Part shown: positions 1 to 12,499 of the stretch, piece after piece
Numbering within the stretch: the stretch's first letter is position 1
How the letters are laid out: the number at the start of each line of letters is the position of its first letter
Source: Octopus bimaculoides
Taxonomy: Eukaryota
Direction: 5' to 3'
Length of the DNA stretch: 63,605 nucleotides
Assembly (NCBI RefSeq): GCF_001194135.2
Contig: NC_068981.1
Coordinates: forward strand, 553,248-616,852
Position numbers and translations under genes: made by a program
The notes under the pieces: generated by a model
The model's input: the letters and a program-made list of their open reading frames with translations, nothing else
The model's database searches: none
Told to the model about the DNA's origin: nothing

Positions 1-420
1 GGTGACACGTAAAAGCACCCACTACACTCTCTGAGTGGTTGGCATTAGGAAGGGCATCCAGCTGTAGAAACTCTGCCAAATTAGATTGGAGCCTGGTGTT
101 GCCATCCAGTTTCACTAGTCCTCAGTCAAATCGTCCAACCCATGCTAGCATGGAAAGCGGACGTTAAACGATGATGATGATGATGATGATGATATATATA
201 CATATATACAACAGGCTTCTTTCAATTTCTGTCTACCAAATCCACTCACAAGGCTTTGATTGGCCCGAGGCTATAGTAGAAGACACTTGCCATTGGTGCC
301 ACGCAGTGGGACTGAACCCAGAACCATGTGGCTAGGAAGCAAGCTTCTTACCGCACAGCCATCCTGCATCTATTGTTTACATAATAATTTGTATCATTTT
401 CCTATCAGTATTTTGTTATA

Positions 421-830
421 CACAGAGTGTCTATAAGTTACCTTTATAATTTTAAAAGTACCGAAAAAATAAATTAAATGGAAAACTCAGCAGAGTTTAA
501 AGGCAAAACAAAGGCAAACAAAGTTTTATTAGAAACATTGGAACACTTTTAATAATAAAGATTGTTTGCCAACATAACATGGGAGCTCTGATTCGTCAAT
601 ATCAACATTTTTTTGGCCATCTTGGAAACATCTGAATCTCTCGTACACTTGTGTGTGGTTCATACATTCCTCTCCATACATTTTCTGCAACTTTGTGTAG
701 ACCTCTGAGCAGGTATCACCATGACCACTTTTTTGGTTTTGGTCAACATGACAATCACACTCTAAACAGTTTCCTTCCAAGCACTGCGTAAACAACGGAA
801 GTGAACTAGAATGTTAAAACTTAGTGCACA
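421..830 (-). mobile_element. Mariner-type transposase fragment (N-terminal HTH) with one terminal end
   Basis: The minus ORF reads VYTKLQKMYGEECMNHTQVYERFRCFQDGQKNVDID, typical of the mariner N-terminus; TA-cacagagtgtc terminus at about 421. Confidence 0.7.
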
Positions 831-1064
831 GCAGAATTCAAAGTCAATCTTTGCCAAGTAGCTTCACTCTGCAGTCTTTAGCTTCATTATTATGACAACA
901 GTCCAGGTACTTATTGATCAGACCTTGTATTACAAAAAATATTACAAATGATAGTCGAATGATATTTTTGTTTCTCTTATTTCTCCCATCTCCTTTGCCA
1001 CATTTTCTCTTTCTATTTTTTTTTTTTGTTTTAGTGATGTGTTATTTTTATTGTCCACTTTTAG

Positions 1065-1289
1065 GGGGATATTCCAATGATCCAGCTGTTTACCGAAACT
1101 GGTGTTTGGGACATTTTATGGCACCGAATAGCCCAGGCTCTTCAAGTGAACAATCCACAAAGTAATCGACCAATCCATGATCTAGAAACCAGCTTGGATG
1201 CCAACCACTTCCAGAAACCTGACTGGTCTTTGGTCTCTCCTCAAGGACTTGTTGCAGCTTTGGAAATTGCTGTCAATGTCTTCACTAAA
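1065..1289 (+). CDS. STK36: STK36/Fused-like kinase, first visible coding exon (GDIPMIQLF...PDWSLVSPQGLVAALEIAVNVFTK)
   Basis: ttttag acceptor and gtaaga donor; 225 nt, phase 0/0. PDWSLVSPQG matches the recalled STK36 motif PDWTLISPQG. Confidence 0.9.
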
Positions 1290-1399
1290 GTAAGAAAAGA
1301 ATCTGTAATATAAACAAAGAAAATGAAATAATTCCAAGACATCCACTTGATTCAGTTATTCTTAAATGATTGGATTATTCAGACAAATTGATAGTATTG

Positions 1400-1630
1400 T
1401 CTTACAGTAGGTATCCATCGGTCTCGAGAGGTCATGAATTTGTGCCCAAATCAATCATGTCAGCTGCTGATGGTGGTGCAGCATCGGTTGTGACTGTACA
1501 GGCCTACATGGGAATACAGCGACTGCATTTGAAGGAGCTCTCTGCTGGTGCTGCTGATTTTTCCTTCAGTGTTGGCCCTGTGCCGTTATATTGGCCCATT
1601 TTTATTTCTGTGAAGAAGTGATTGATATAA
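1400..1630 (-). mobile_element. RTE (BovB-like) LINE 3' end remnant
   Basis: The minus strand reads KEKSAAPAESSFKCSRC..HVGLYSHNRCC, a decayed C2H2-like terminus typical of RTE ORF2, followed by ctctcgagaccgatggatac. Confidence 0.55.
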
Positions 1631-3814
1631 GTCTAGTGTCTGTCTTTTGACGTGTCCAGTATGAGAGACCCTACTAGGAGCTTGTTCTCAGCTGGTATAT
1701 CTCTCAGGGTCATTGAGGTGGACAAACTATCACACCATAATGGGGTTGAACCTTGTGATGGATTATAATAATACATTAAAAGCACATCTGAGCGTGATTG
1801 TTGACAGGGCCATGGATTGGCTCCTATGCCGGTGGCATGTAAAAAGCACCATTCGAGCGTGATCGTTGCCAGCGTCGCCTTACCATAACATTCGAGTGTG
1901 GTTGTTGCCAGTGCCGCCGGACTGGCTCCCGTGCAAGTAACACGTAAAAAACACCTTCTGAGCATGGCCGTTGCCAGAACCACCTGACTGGCCCTCATGC
2001 CTGTGGCACGTAAAAGCACCCACTACATTCTCAGAGTGATTGGTGTTAGGAAGGGCATCCAGCTGTAGAAACTTTGCCAGATCAGAATGGAGCCTGGTGC
2101 AGCCTTCAGGCTCACCAGTTCTTAGTGAAACCGTCCAACCCATGCCAGCATGGAAAGCAGACATTAAATGATGATGATGATGAGATTGCTATAGAAGTTA
2201 AACTCTAAAGTAGTAATGGTCCTAAATTAAATTAATTACACATGGTTTCTATTGTTACTATAATGGTTTAGGTTCTTCAGAGTTGATTAATGACATACCT
2301 CTAGTAGTCAGGTACCCCAGAGCCATTTATCTTTCAATCTCTAGTTGCTCTTATTGCTTCTAACACTCCTACCACCCCCACCACTCTCCTACACTAACCA
2401 TCAACCCTAGTCCTTCAGCCACAGAACAACATCCCTCTAGAATTTCCTCCCTGCTCATGTTCTTCTGAAGGTCCTCACCTGCAACAGTTTATTCAGAGCA
2501 TTAACAATATCAAACTCACTGGTCTCAGAAAGCCTGCAAAAGTCTTGAACACTGTGTCGTCTTCCAGATGGTTATAAGACATTTCACAGTAAACATTTTT
2601 GCAGTAGGAAAATTCACCATAAAAAATTTTGTCAGTCAGACAAGAATAAAAGTTTTTTTATACCAGCATTTAAAAAAAAAAAGAATGATGTGAGTTTTTA
2701 TATAAGCATTAAATAGGCAAGTCTTTATTTAACATCAGACATTAAAAAAATAGTTATAGGAAATTTCACCATAAACATTTTTGCCATAGGATCATTCATC
2801 ATAACAAATTAAATTTCATTTTAAATGACTTCATTACATTTTTTTTTAATGTTTGACATTAAATAAAGATTTGCTTATTTAATGTTTTTATAAAGGTTTT
2901 TATCAATCTTTTTAAATCAAAAATATGCTGATGTAATATTTTTTATCTTTGTCCATGCTGCAAATTGTTTTACGATGAATTTTCTTTAGGGTGAATCTTC
3001 CAGACTTAACAAGTAAAAGAAAAGCTGTTAATCATAAAAACAGAAGACCTCATAGCAGCTAAATCTCCCTCAATTCCCACTGTACATTCTTAAAATAAGA
3101 AGGAAATGTGTATCCGAGATAATGTAATCTTAGATACACCACACCTTAATAAAAGACAGGGTGGCCATGGCTAGAATGTCTTTGATCATAGGTCTGCTTT
3201 ATCAGTGCTGACTTGAAGTTAAGCAACAGATGTTTCAAGTGTAATAATGGGCAGAGTATCTTTATTTAGCCAGTGTTTTTGGTAATAATGCTTCATACAT
3301 AACCACACACACACACACACACACACAAATTCTTCGTTTACTCTCACCTTACCTCCTCTTCTATGCAAATATACATTTACATACACACATACAAGCATGC
3401 ATACACAAAAGCATAGGATCAGATCTTGGACAGAGTCAGAGCAGACCTTGAAGAGAGAAGGAAGTCACTGAAAAGATTGCAAACAGTGATGAAAGAACTT
3501 TGACTAACAAACAGCAAATTAATTGTTTAACCAATACATTAAATAAATGATCGATTAGTTTGTTGGTTAGATATTTAACCAATTGGCTAGCAATTAAGAA
3601 GTGATATTAAACCAGTGCATGTGTTATTATTGGCTTAATGACCCTCCCAAGACAGCAATATTTGTTTCAACATACAAATTCACATTAAGTAACTTGCAAA
3701 CTAAATACATAAATGGAGTTTCCATATTATTCTTATATCATTATTTTTTTTTATTAAACAATTCTATATTGTTACTAATACTGGTTGAATAATTTTTTTT
3801 TTCTTTTCTTACAG

Positions 3815-3918
3815 GTTCCTCAGGAATTTGTCACTTATTTATCTGTACCTGACAAAATATTTATGCTAACACTTAACCATTTGTTAACCAAGGAATTTCT
3901 TGCAATCCTCATTAAAAG
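3815..3918 (+). CDS. STK36: STK36-like exon 2 (VPQEFVTYLSVPDKIFMLTLNHLLTKEFLAILIK)
   Basis: Polypyrimidine tract plus acag, gtatct donor; 104 nt, phase 0/2; the only open frame. Aligns with recalled EPQLCL...ILKHLLCPSFL. Confidence 0.88.
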
Positions 3919-4417
3919 GTATCTGTGGTCTTGAATTGTTCATGAAATGCTGTTTGATCTTTTTTTTTTCTTTTTCAGTTCATCATTTTTAACTATGATT
4001 TGTTTTATTTTTTAAAAAAGTTTTTCAAGATGGCCTACCATTATTTTTGTTAGCTTGACATCTCAGACAGATACATGAGGAGTTTCCATACATGTTTCAT
4101 CCATCCGATTCACGGATGGTAGATTCAAGGTGGTAGACAGCCTGAGACTATAATAAAAAACACTTGCCCAGGGCGCTGCACACAAGGATTGAACCCAAAA
4201 CCATGTGGTTACAAAGTGAGCTCCTTAACTACACAGCCACAGCTATAAACAATACTGAGATTTCAAAATAGATTCTTTTTTTTTTATTAATACATTTCAT
4301 ATAAAATAATAATAATTAGATTTTTCTTTCTTTTANNNNNNNNNNATTTCATATAAAATAATAATAATTAGATTTTTCTTTCTTTTAATTCTGATTTTTT
4401 TTTTTTTATGTATTTAG

Positions 4418-4531
4418 TGTTGATGTTAAAAGTTCAGAATTACCGACCGAAATCTTGTTACGAGTTGTTCAGATGTGCTGCTATCCTTTTGGTTTAGATG
4501 TTGACATAGAAATTACAGAGCAAACGGTCAG
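4418..4531 (+). CDS. STK36: STK36-like exon 3 (VDVKSSELPTEILLRVVQMCCYPFGLDVDIEITEQTV)
   Basis: tttag acceptor, gttggt donor; 114 nt, phase 2/2. CCYPFGLDVD resembles recalled LCFPFALDMD. Confidence 0.88.
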
Positions 4532-4748
4532 GTTGGTTGAATATTGCTTCCATTTCTTTTATCAGTTGCATACTTGAATTGTTTCAAGTTCTTTACTCCA
4601 GACATTTAGACAAAAATCTGCGTTTTGAGGGCATTTTTTATTACTAAAACTTCAAAATGTGTCCTTTTAGTTTCTTGAAACAGTAAAAGTAATAAATGAA
4701 TAAAATGGAACGTTGTTTATTTATGGATTATAACTCTATTCATCAATA

Positions 4749-5145
4749 CGCAGGAGTGGCTGTGTGGTAAGTAGCTTGCTTACCAACCACATAGTTCCGG
4801 GTTCAGTCCCACTGCGTGGCACCTTGGGCAAGTGCCTTCTACTATAGTCTTGGGCCGACCAAAGACTTGTGAGTGGATTTGGTAGACGGAAACTGAAAGA
4901 AGCCCGTCGTATATATGTATATGTATATATGTGTGTGTATATGTTTGTGTGTCTGTATTTGTCCCCCAACATCGCTTGACAACCGATGCTGGTGTGTTTA
5001 CGTCCCTGTAACTTAGCAGTTCGGCAAAAGAGACCGATAGAATAAGTACTAGGCTTCCAAAGAATAAGTCCTGGGGTCAATTTGGTCAACTAAAGGCGGT
5101 GCTCCAGCATGGCCACAGTCAAATGACTGAAACAAGTAAAAGAGA
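4749..5145 (+). mobile_element. tRNA-derived SINE, family A (full-length example; others at about 23865-24262, 31615-31972, 39300-39765, 51535-51980, 55810-56180)
   Basis: Head GCAGGAGTGGCTGTGTGGTAAG..GGTTCAGTCCC with A/B-box-like motifs, internal (TA/TG)n, tail ACTGAAACAAGTAAAAGAG; many dispersed copies. Confidence 0.85.
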
Positions 5146-6779
5146 GTAATACAAAGATATGAGAAAAATTTTTAATTTGCTCTACACTTGAAGCTTATGA
5201 ATAAGCAGAGTTAGTGGAATGGTTGACAGAATGCCTTGTGGTGTTTAGTTAAACCACTTTCTGATATGAGTTCTATCTTTGCCCAAACCAATTTTTACCT
5301 TTCATCCCTTAGTGGTGAAGCAATATTTCAAATACTAGGGATGATGTAATGGTTTCAAATTTTGCCACAAGGGCGGCAGTTTTTGGGGAAAGGGATGAGT
5401 CGATTACATCAACCCCAGTGTTCAACTGGAACTTAGCTTATTGACCCTGAAAGGATGAAAAGTAAAGTTGACCTCGGTAGAATTTGAACTCAGCGCATAG
5501 CACTAAGCATTCCGTCCAGCACTCTAATGATCCTGCTAGCTTGCCGCCTTACTGGAGATGATATAATGGAGTAAAGACTTCATCTAAAAACTGTGTGGCA
5601 CTGCGCTAATACTGGAAATCGTAATTAAGGAGATAATTAGCATACCAACAATTTAATACATGTTGATAAAAGATTTTGAAGGAATCAAAATGTTTTAAAA
5701 TAATGGAACATCATCATCGTTTAATGTCCGTTCTCCATGCTGGCATGAGTTGGATGGTTTGACTGAGGTCTGGAGAGCCAGGAGGCTGCACCAGGCTCCA
5801 ATCTGATCTGGCAGAGTTTCTACAGCTGGATGTGCTTCCTAACACCAACCACTTCAAGAGTGTTGTGGGTGCTTTTTACGTGCCACTGGCACAGGAACCA
5901 GTCAGAGGGCACTGGCATCAGCCACGTTCGGATGGTGCTTTTTNNNNNNNNNNNNNNNNNNNNNNNNNNNNNNNNNNNNNNNNNNNNNNNNNNNNNNNNN
6001 NNNNNNNNNNNNNNNNNNNNNNNNNNNNNNNNNNNNNNNNNNNGGCACTGGCATCAGCCACGTTCGGATGGTGCTTTTTACATGCCACCAGCACATATGC
6101 CACTCAGGCAGACCTAGCATTGATCACATTCAGATAGTGCTTTTTACATGCCACTGTCATGAGAGCCAGTCAGGGAGCACTGGCATTGACCACGTTCAGA
6201 TGATGCATTTTACATGCCACCAGAATAGGAGCCAATCACTGGACACTGACCACAGCTACGATTTTGGTTTTACCTGACTCAACAGTTCTTCTCAAGCATA
6301 TCATATTGCCTGATGCATCAAGGGTACTTTTAAATGGGCCAGACATGCAACACTGGCATCAGCCATCGCTGTGATCTCACTTTAGTTACCGGGTTGCCGG
6401 ATCTTCTCAATCACAGCATTCTCCAAAGGTTTTGGTCTCCTGTCATTGCTTCTGTGACATTTGTTGATTATTTGGAACTAGAGAATATGGAAGTGTTGCA
6501 AAAACAGAAGTAATTCATTGTTAAATTTTCTGTGTTTTTTTGTTTATTTGGTTTTTCTCATTCTTGAAACTTGGAAGAAAAGTGGCTATGTCTACCTATG
6601 TACACGAGAGTAATAGTGGACATTATGATATTCATAACTATTTACATGTAAACTTATTGACAGGTACTTGCCTAGAGAAGCATTTGCTTCTGTAATTTCC
6701 CCTGCTATAAAGAGATTAAGAATTACTGACTATAGTTTATAATCACTGTTATAAAGAGATCAAGATTTGCTGATCGTTG

Positions 6780-7088
6780 TCACTAATTTCGATTATTTCC
6801 TGGGATATTCCGAGGATGGTACTTTCTGGAAAGTTTCGAAGATGAGCTACTTCCTGGATAGTTCCGAGGTGGGGACGAATTACTTCATGGAAAGTTCAGA
6901 GGAGGGGATTACATCCTGGAATGTTCCGAGGTATGCAAATTACTTCCTGGAAAGTCCCAAGAAAGAGCAGGAATTACTTTCTGGAAAGTTCCGAGGAGGG
7001 GGTAATTTCTTCCTGGAATGTTCCACGGATTTGGAGGAGGGGAGGAATTACTTCGTGGAAAGTTCTGAGGGGGAGGAAGTTCTGGAGA
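6780..7088. repeat. Degenerate tandem array, about 10 units of 28-42 nt (consensus ATTACTTCCTGGAAAGTTCCGAGGAGGGG)
   Basis: Units are directly visible; they account for the three overlapping ORFs at 6767-7196. Confidence 0.8.
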
Positions 7089-8020
7089 GGAGCGCCCGTC
7101 ATGCTGCTGCAGAATTTGGATGCACCAATAATGTGTAACGTCACATGCATGATAATCAAAATTTATACTCCCGAGTTTTACAAGCAACCATCTTGAATGG
7201 ACCGGCCGCTGGTCAAGATGTTCTTATAACTCCAATGTCCCTCCTCCCTCCGATACGATCTACAAGTTTAAGCGGCTTCAATTTCCTATCAAACTCTCCT
7301 TTGCAATGGCAATAAATAATGCACAGGGTCAATCATTGGAAATGGTTGTTTAAATCTCAGAGCAAGTGTTCTCCCACGGTCAACATTACGTTGGATGCTC
7401 CCGTGTTGGCAGGCCACAAGTCTATACATTTGTGTATCAGAAGGGAAAATGAGAAACGTTGCCTACAAAGAAGCACTCCACTGAAAAGACGGCTTTTCTT
7501 CACATCTTCCAAATCACCCCAGTCATCTGCCGCCTCAAAAGCTTCGTACTTGCCGTGCCAGCCAATGTAAGTCAATGACACACAACTTCATTCATTCACT
7601 TTATGTCTCTCTCTCTCTCACATACACACACACACACACACACACACATGCACGTCCATTTCATATATCTTTCAATTTCTGCTCTCAGCAAATAAAATTT
7701 TTACAGATACAACTGCTTACAAAAATTGGGATTAATGTATTTCTTTCTATGTTCATAATTAAATAAATGTTTTAATGATTATACAAACGTCCAATAGAAT
7801 AGATCTCAGAAACAGACTACGTACAAATTCTTTCTTCACAACTCCTGAAGCCATTTTCTGACAGGAGGTTGATGAAGTCTTCAAACAGCTAGAGGCTCCA
7901 ATCAAAACAGGGGTCCCGAAATGATAAGGTTGAGAAACGCTGTTATAGATTATGCCTAACTGAAAACGATCACAGCCACATCATCCAAACAGACCGGGTG
8001 AAACCGGGTTTAGCTGCTAG
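7089..8020 (+). mobile_element. Helitron remnant: decayed PIF1-like helicase C-terminus (7089-7484) and 3' terminus
   Basis: Frameshifted GAPVMLLQNLDAP..CN..ATILNG..KFKRLQFPIKLSFAMAINNAQGQSL..VFSHGQHYVGCSRVG; GC hairpin ccgggtgaaaccgg at about 7994-8007, then CTAG (8017-8020) followed by T. Confidence 0.85.
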
Positions 8021-8029
8021 TTTCTATAT

Positions 8030-10390
8030 AATAGGGAAGATTGGAGAGGATAATCATCAGTTCTTGATCTCTTAACAGGTTATAGCAGACAATCAACAGT
8101 TTTTGATCTCTATATAACGGACATTATGAAACTGGACTCTCATGTCACTCAGATGAATGAGGGACTCGGCAGGACATAACTAGACAGTGTTTTTAGTTCA
8201 ATGTCTTATCTTGCCAACTCATGTGGGAACTTAGGGATAGATTGAACCTGGCTCTCTGCTGGATTCTTGTCTCTTTCAGCTGTAAGTTTTCAACTGTGAG
8301 TTCACAGCTGTAACCTACACCAGTGTCGCATAACCAGCCCGCTCAAAAGTACCTTGGATCAAAGGGCGACATTCTGTGCTTGGGGAGACCTATTGAGTCA
8401 AGTACATCAACATCAATATCAGAATCAAATCAAATGGAAATTGTAGTTGTGACCCCTGTGCTGGGTCAGTGCCAGTGCCGCTTTGACTGGCTTCCATGCT
8501 GGTGGCACGTAAAGAGCACCATCCAATCATGGTTGATGCCAGCTCCTCTGGCCTCTGTGCTGGTGGCACGTAAAAAGCACCCACTACACTCTCGGAGTGG
8601 TTGGTGTTAGGAAGGGCATCCAGCTGTAGAAACATTGCCAGATCAGATTGGGGCCTGGTGCAGCCTCCTGGATTCCCAGACCCAAGTCAAACCGTCCAAC
8701 CCATGCCAGCATGGAAAATGGACGTTAAATGATGATGATGAGGATCTTTATCCTGGTTGCCTCAAAGTCAGAGATGACTCAGTAGCAGGAGCTTCTCCAG
8801 AAATTATAGAGGACAATCAACGGTTCTTGATCTTTGATTAACCCTTTCGTTACTATATTTCTGACCAAAATACACCCCTCATGAGTTTCAATTAAATTCT
8901 AAAATAATCATGAATTTAGACTAGTCTCATTAAACAACTGTAACTTTTTTATTTATCAACATATTAATGTGATATTTGGAACATAAAAAAAGGGTTCTTA
9001 ATCAATTCTATTGCATAATTTTTGTCTCAAAGTTCTCCACGTACTGGAGTACTGCTAGTGTCTCTCACATGTAAATATTGGTTCAGCTTCACGAATCGTA
9101 CTCGTTCATAATACTGGAAATATATTCATCGCCAAAAGGTTCCTGATCGCTCCAGTAATTTGTTATTCTGGGTAACTGTCTAATATCCATGATAATANNN
9201 NNNNNNNNNNNNNNNNNNNNNNNNNNNNNNNNNNNNNNNNNNNNNNNNNNNNNNNNNNNNNNNNNNNNNNNNNNNNNNNNNNNNNNNNNNNNNNNNNNNN
9301 NNNNNNNNNNNNNNNNNNNNNNNNNNNNNNNNNNNNNNNNNNNNNNNNNNNNNNNNNNNNNNNNNNNNNNNNNNNNNNNNNNNNNNNNNNNNNNNNNNNN
9401 NNNNNNNNNNNNNNNNNNNNNNNNNNNNNNNNNNNNNNNNNNNNNNNNNNNNNNNNNNNNNNNNNNNNNNNNNNNNNNNNNNNNNNNNNNNNNNNNNNNN
9501 NNNNNNNNNNNNNNNNNNNNNNNNNNNNNNNNNNNNNNNNNNNNNNNNNNNNNNNNNNNNNNNNNNNNNNNNNNNNNNNNNNNNNNNNTTTTCTGGTGTA
9601 AAATCATCCTCGCTGTCGCCGTCGCTGCTTTCAGAATTGCTACTTTCAGAATCGCTGCTTTCAGTTTCGGATACAGAAATATCCGATTCATTATCGTTCA
9701 CCACGTGATTTTGTAGCTCATTCATTCTTTTCTTTGATATCTCCATATCTTCTGTTGAAAAACCTTCAAATTCGGAATCACTGCTTGATAGCATGAAACT
9801 CCTCTCCATCTTCAAAGTTGAAAAAAATTAACGCCGCAAAAAATGTGGAAAAAATCTTCCAAAATTCACTGAGTTCAAATATCATGCCCAATGATGTCGG
9901 ATACAATAACTCAACTGTTTGCAAAGTGAAATCAGGTGTTTAAACGAATGTACTAATGAGATTTGGGTTCAAATATACATTTAAATAACAATGGGTACTC
10001 TCGGCCGGCTACGGCCGGGTTGGTCTTATGAACCAAAAAATTTTTCGGCCAGCTACGACTGGGTTAGTAATGAAAGGGTTAACGGAGAAAATTACAGAAG
10101 ACATTCAGTAGTTCTTGATCTCTATATAACAGAGATTTTAGAGGACCATCTTTAGTTCTTGACGAAAATTGTAGAGTACAGTCAGAAGCCTTAGAGATAA
10201 AAGAATTTATGGAAGAGAATCAGCGATTCTTTGTCTCTGTATAACAGAGATTATAGAGAACTATCAGTAGCACTTGATCTTTATCTGACAAAGATTGTGA
10301 AAAACAATCAGAAGTTTTAGATTCCTCTATATCAGAGGCCATAAAAAAAGGAAAAATCAACTGTTCTTGATTTCTACGTAACAGAAGAGA
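8030..10390. repeat. Degenerate ~45-nt minisatellite (acagagattatagaggacaatcagcagttcttgatctctatata), interrupted by a SINE and a piggyBac
   Basis: Units are visible at about 8030-8150, 8790-8837 and 10083-10390. Confidence 0.7.
8842..10078 (-). mobile_element. Internally deleted piggyBac element
   Basis: TTAA at 8838-8841 and 10079-10082; 13-bp TIRs CCCTTTCGTTACT / AGTAATGAAAGGG; acidic N-terminus (SSSDSEFEGF...SDSESSNSESSDGDSED) and the MDIRQLPRITNYWSDQEPFG motif. Confidence 0.88.
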
Positions 10391-11994
10391 ACACTTTGAA
10401 ACAAATTGCTTTGAATAAGTCGCATATGTGAACTGATTTGAATAATATTAGAATTACTGTCTCCATCTGTTTCTATCTTTTTTTTTTTTAATCCTAAACT
10501 TCTGTATCTTACTAATGCTTACAATATTATTTTATGCATTTCTATTATCCACAAGGGAGAGTGTGTAGCTTCTTAGACATGATTAAGGCAGATTATTCTA
10601 AGAAGAAACACTCTGAAATAAAAACAAACTAAACAAAAAAAGTAATATATCAGTTAAACATAAGTTACTCTCAGGGGATGTTTCTGAGATAAATCTTATT
10701 TATTACCCAAAATATGGAAGATATATATCCATATAAAGAATGTGTTGAATAAAATATTTAGTGCAGTCAAACAGCTACTACCCATTGTTTACTGCACAGG
10801 ATAGCTTTCATTAGAGTAAATATTATAAGGCATTTTCAACAGATCAGTACATTAAATAACCGAGAAATATGAATCCATGGTAAATTACGAGCTAAAACTG
10901 GCAAAATAATAATAAAAAAAAAAGAGAACAAGAGAAAATGTTGTACAAGAATACAAACTCAATATATTATGTTATGAAGGAAAGAAAAGTAGTCTTGATG
11001 TTTTGGCCAGATGATTGTCAAGATATAAGGGAAGAAAGGGAGAAAATAAGGAAAATAAATAGGCAAAAAGAAACAAAACAAAAGGTAGAGAATATTTATG
11101 AAAGTGGCAACATGACAACTATTGGCAGAAAGGTGAGGTTAAGTTGTTTAGGAGCAGAGAACATGCAAGGTAGAGGGCTAATGTATTCTGCTAGTTCTAA
11201 GGTTTTGGCAAAAGGTGGTGGGGCTGATGTATGCTGATGGCTCTAAAGGTTTTGGCAATAAACTAAATTAGCTGAAATGTCAAGGAAGTGATTAATAGTA
11301 TTATCAAAGATATTTTAAATTTGTATACATCTCTGAGTTGTGCCAAATGCAGTCATAAAAACTAGAAAGTGGTATAAACGTTGAAAGAGAAAAGCAAACC
11401 TTGTATATGAGGAGGAAACAGTTGTGACTATTAACTCCATCCAAGATACAGGCCACCACCATCAAATAGAAGTGATCAAGATGTCAGAGGAGCCTGTATC
11501 TCTCTGACCTGGACTATGCAGGTGACCTTGACCTCACAGCCTGCCATCTGTTTGATGCTGCAACCAAAATCATCATCATCGTCGTTTAACGTCCGCTTTC
11601 CATGCTGGCATGGGTTGGATGGTTTGACTGAGGGCTGGCAAGCCAGAAGGCTGCACCAGGCTCCAATCTGATCTGACGAAGTTTCTACAGCTGGATACCC
11701 TTCCTAATGCCAAACACTCCGAGAGTGTAGTAGGTGCTTTTATGTGCCACCAGCACGCGGGCCAGTCCGGTGGCACTGGCAACAACCATGCTCAAATGTT
11801 GTTTTTCACGTGCCACCGGCACATGTGCTAGTAAGGTGACACTGGCTACGATCATGCTCGAATGGCACTTTTTACGTACCACCAGCACAGGAGCCAATCA
11901 GCTGCTCTGGCAATGATCGTGCTCAGATGGTGCTTTTATTATTGCACTGGCACAAGTGTGCCAATCAGGTGGTACTGTCATCGGCCACGTCAAT

Positions 11995-12330
11995 GCAAAG
12001 AAGAATGAGTACATGACCACTAATAAGGTAAAAAACCACCCTGCTGTTTGTTCAAATGATGGTACACACAGCTTGAGGATGTCAGTGGCTTCAGATACCT
12101 TGGGTCTTAAGTTGCTGACGACAAGAAAAACTTGATGACACATGGGGGGAAAATCTTGTAATGCTGGTTAACAAGCTTCATCATATCTGGCAATCAAATG
12201 TTTCAAAGTGAACAAGGCTGATCTTTTTCAGGGCCGCCATCCTTTATATGGAGCTAAAAGCTAGACTCTGAGTAAGACACTTAAAGATCTCCTCCATGGT
12301 ATAAACACTAGGATTTTCATGTAGGTTCAA
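11995..12330 (+). mobile_element. RTE-type LINE reverse-transcriptase C-terminal fragment, decayed
   Basis: Reads approximately NDGTQLEDVSGFRYLGS..ADDKK..NKLHHIWQSNVSK..LFRAA..LYGAKS.TLSKTL. Confidence 0.65.
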
Positions 12331-12499
12331 AAACATTTCGTAATATGAGCAAAAGACTGGAAAGGACATTTATGGACACATTCCACTCATCACTGTCGTT
12401 ATTCAATAATGCAGTGTAGTCTTTGCTGGCTTCTGACACCAGGCCACAGCAGATGTTATATTTTGGACACTTCCACATCCTACTAGAAAGTAAAGGCTT

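Noticed and set aside
2990-3012. Micro-exon candidate (ttctttag|GGTGAATC..AA|gtaaaa) in intron 1
   Set aside because: 23 nt would shift the frame, exons 1 and 2 already align contiguously with STK36, and the donor side runs into a common repeat.
4295-4390. Direct duplication around a 10-N gap
   Set aside because: Identical sequence on both sides of a nominal gap is most likely an overlap of contig ends, not biology.
4749-4830. tRNA gene
   Set aside because: The A/B boxes belong to SINE heads; no cloverleaf is evident and the sequence continues into SINE body.
6767-7196. Repeat-protein ORFs (NYFLESSEEG..)
   Set aside because: They are by-products of the ~30-nt DNA tandem array, with no splice signals and frames that shift between units.
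10938-11237. 99-aa + strand ORF in intron 3
   Set aside because: Purine-rich low complexity plus a ~48-nt local duplication; no splice sites or recognisable domain.
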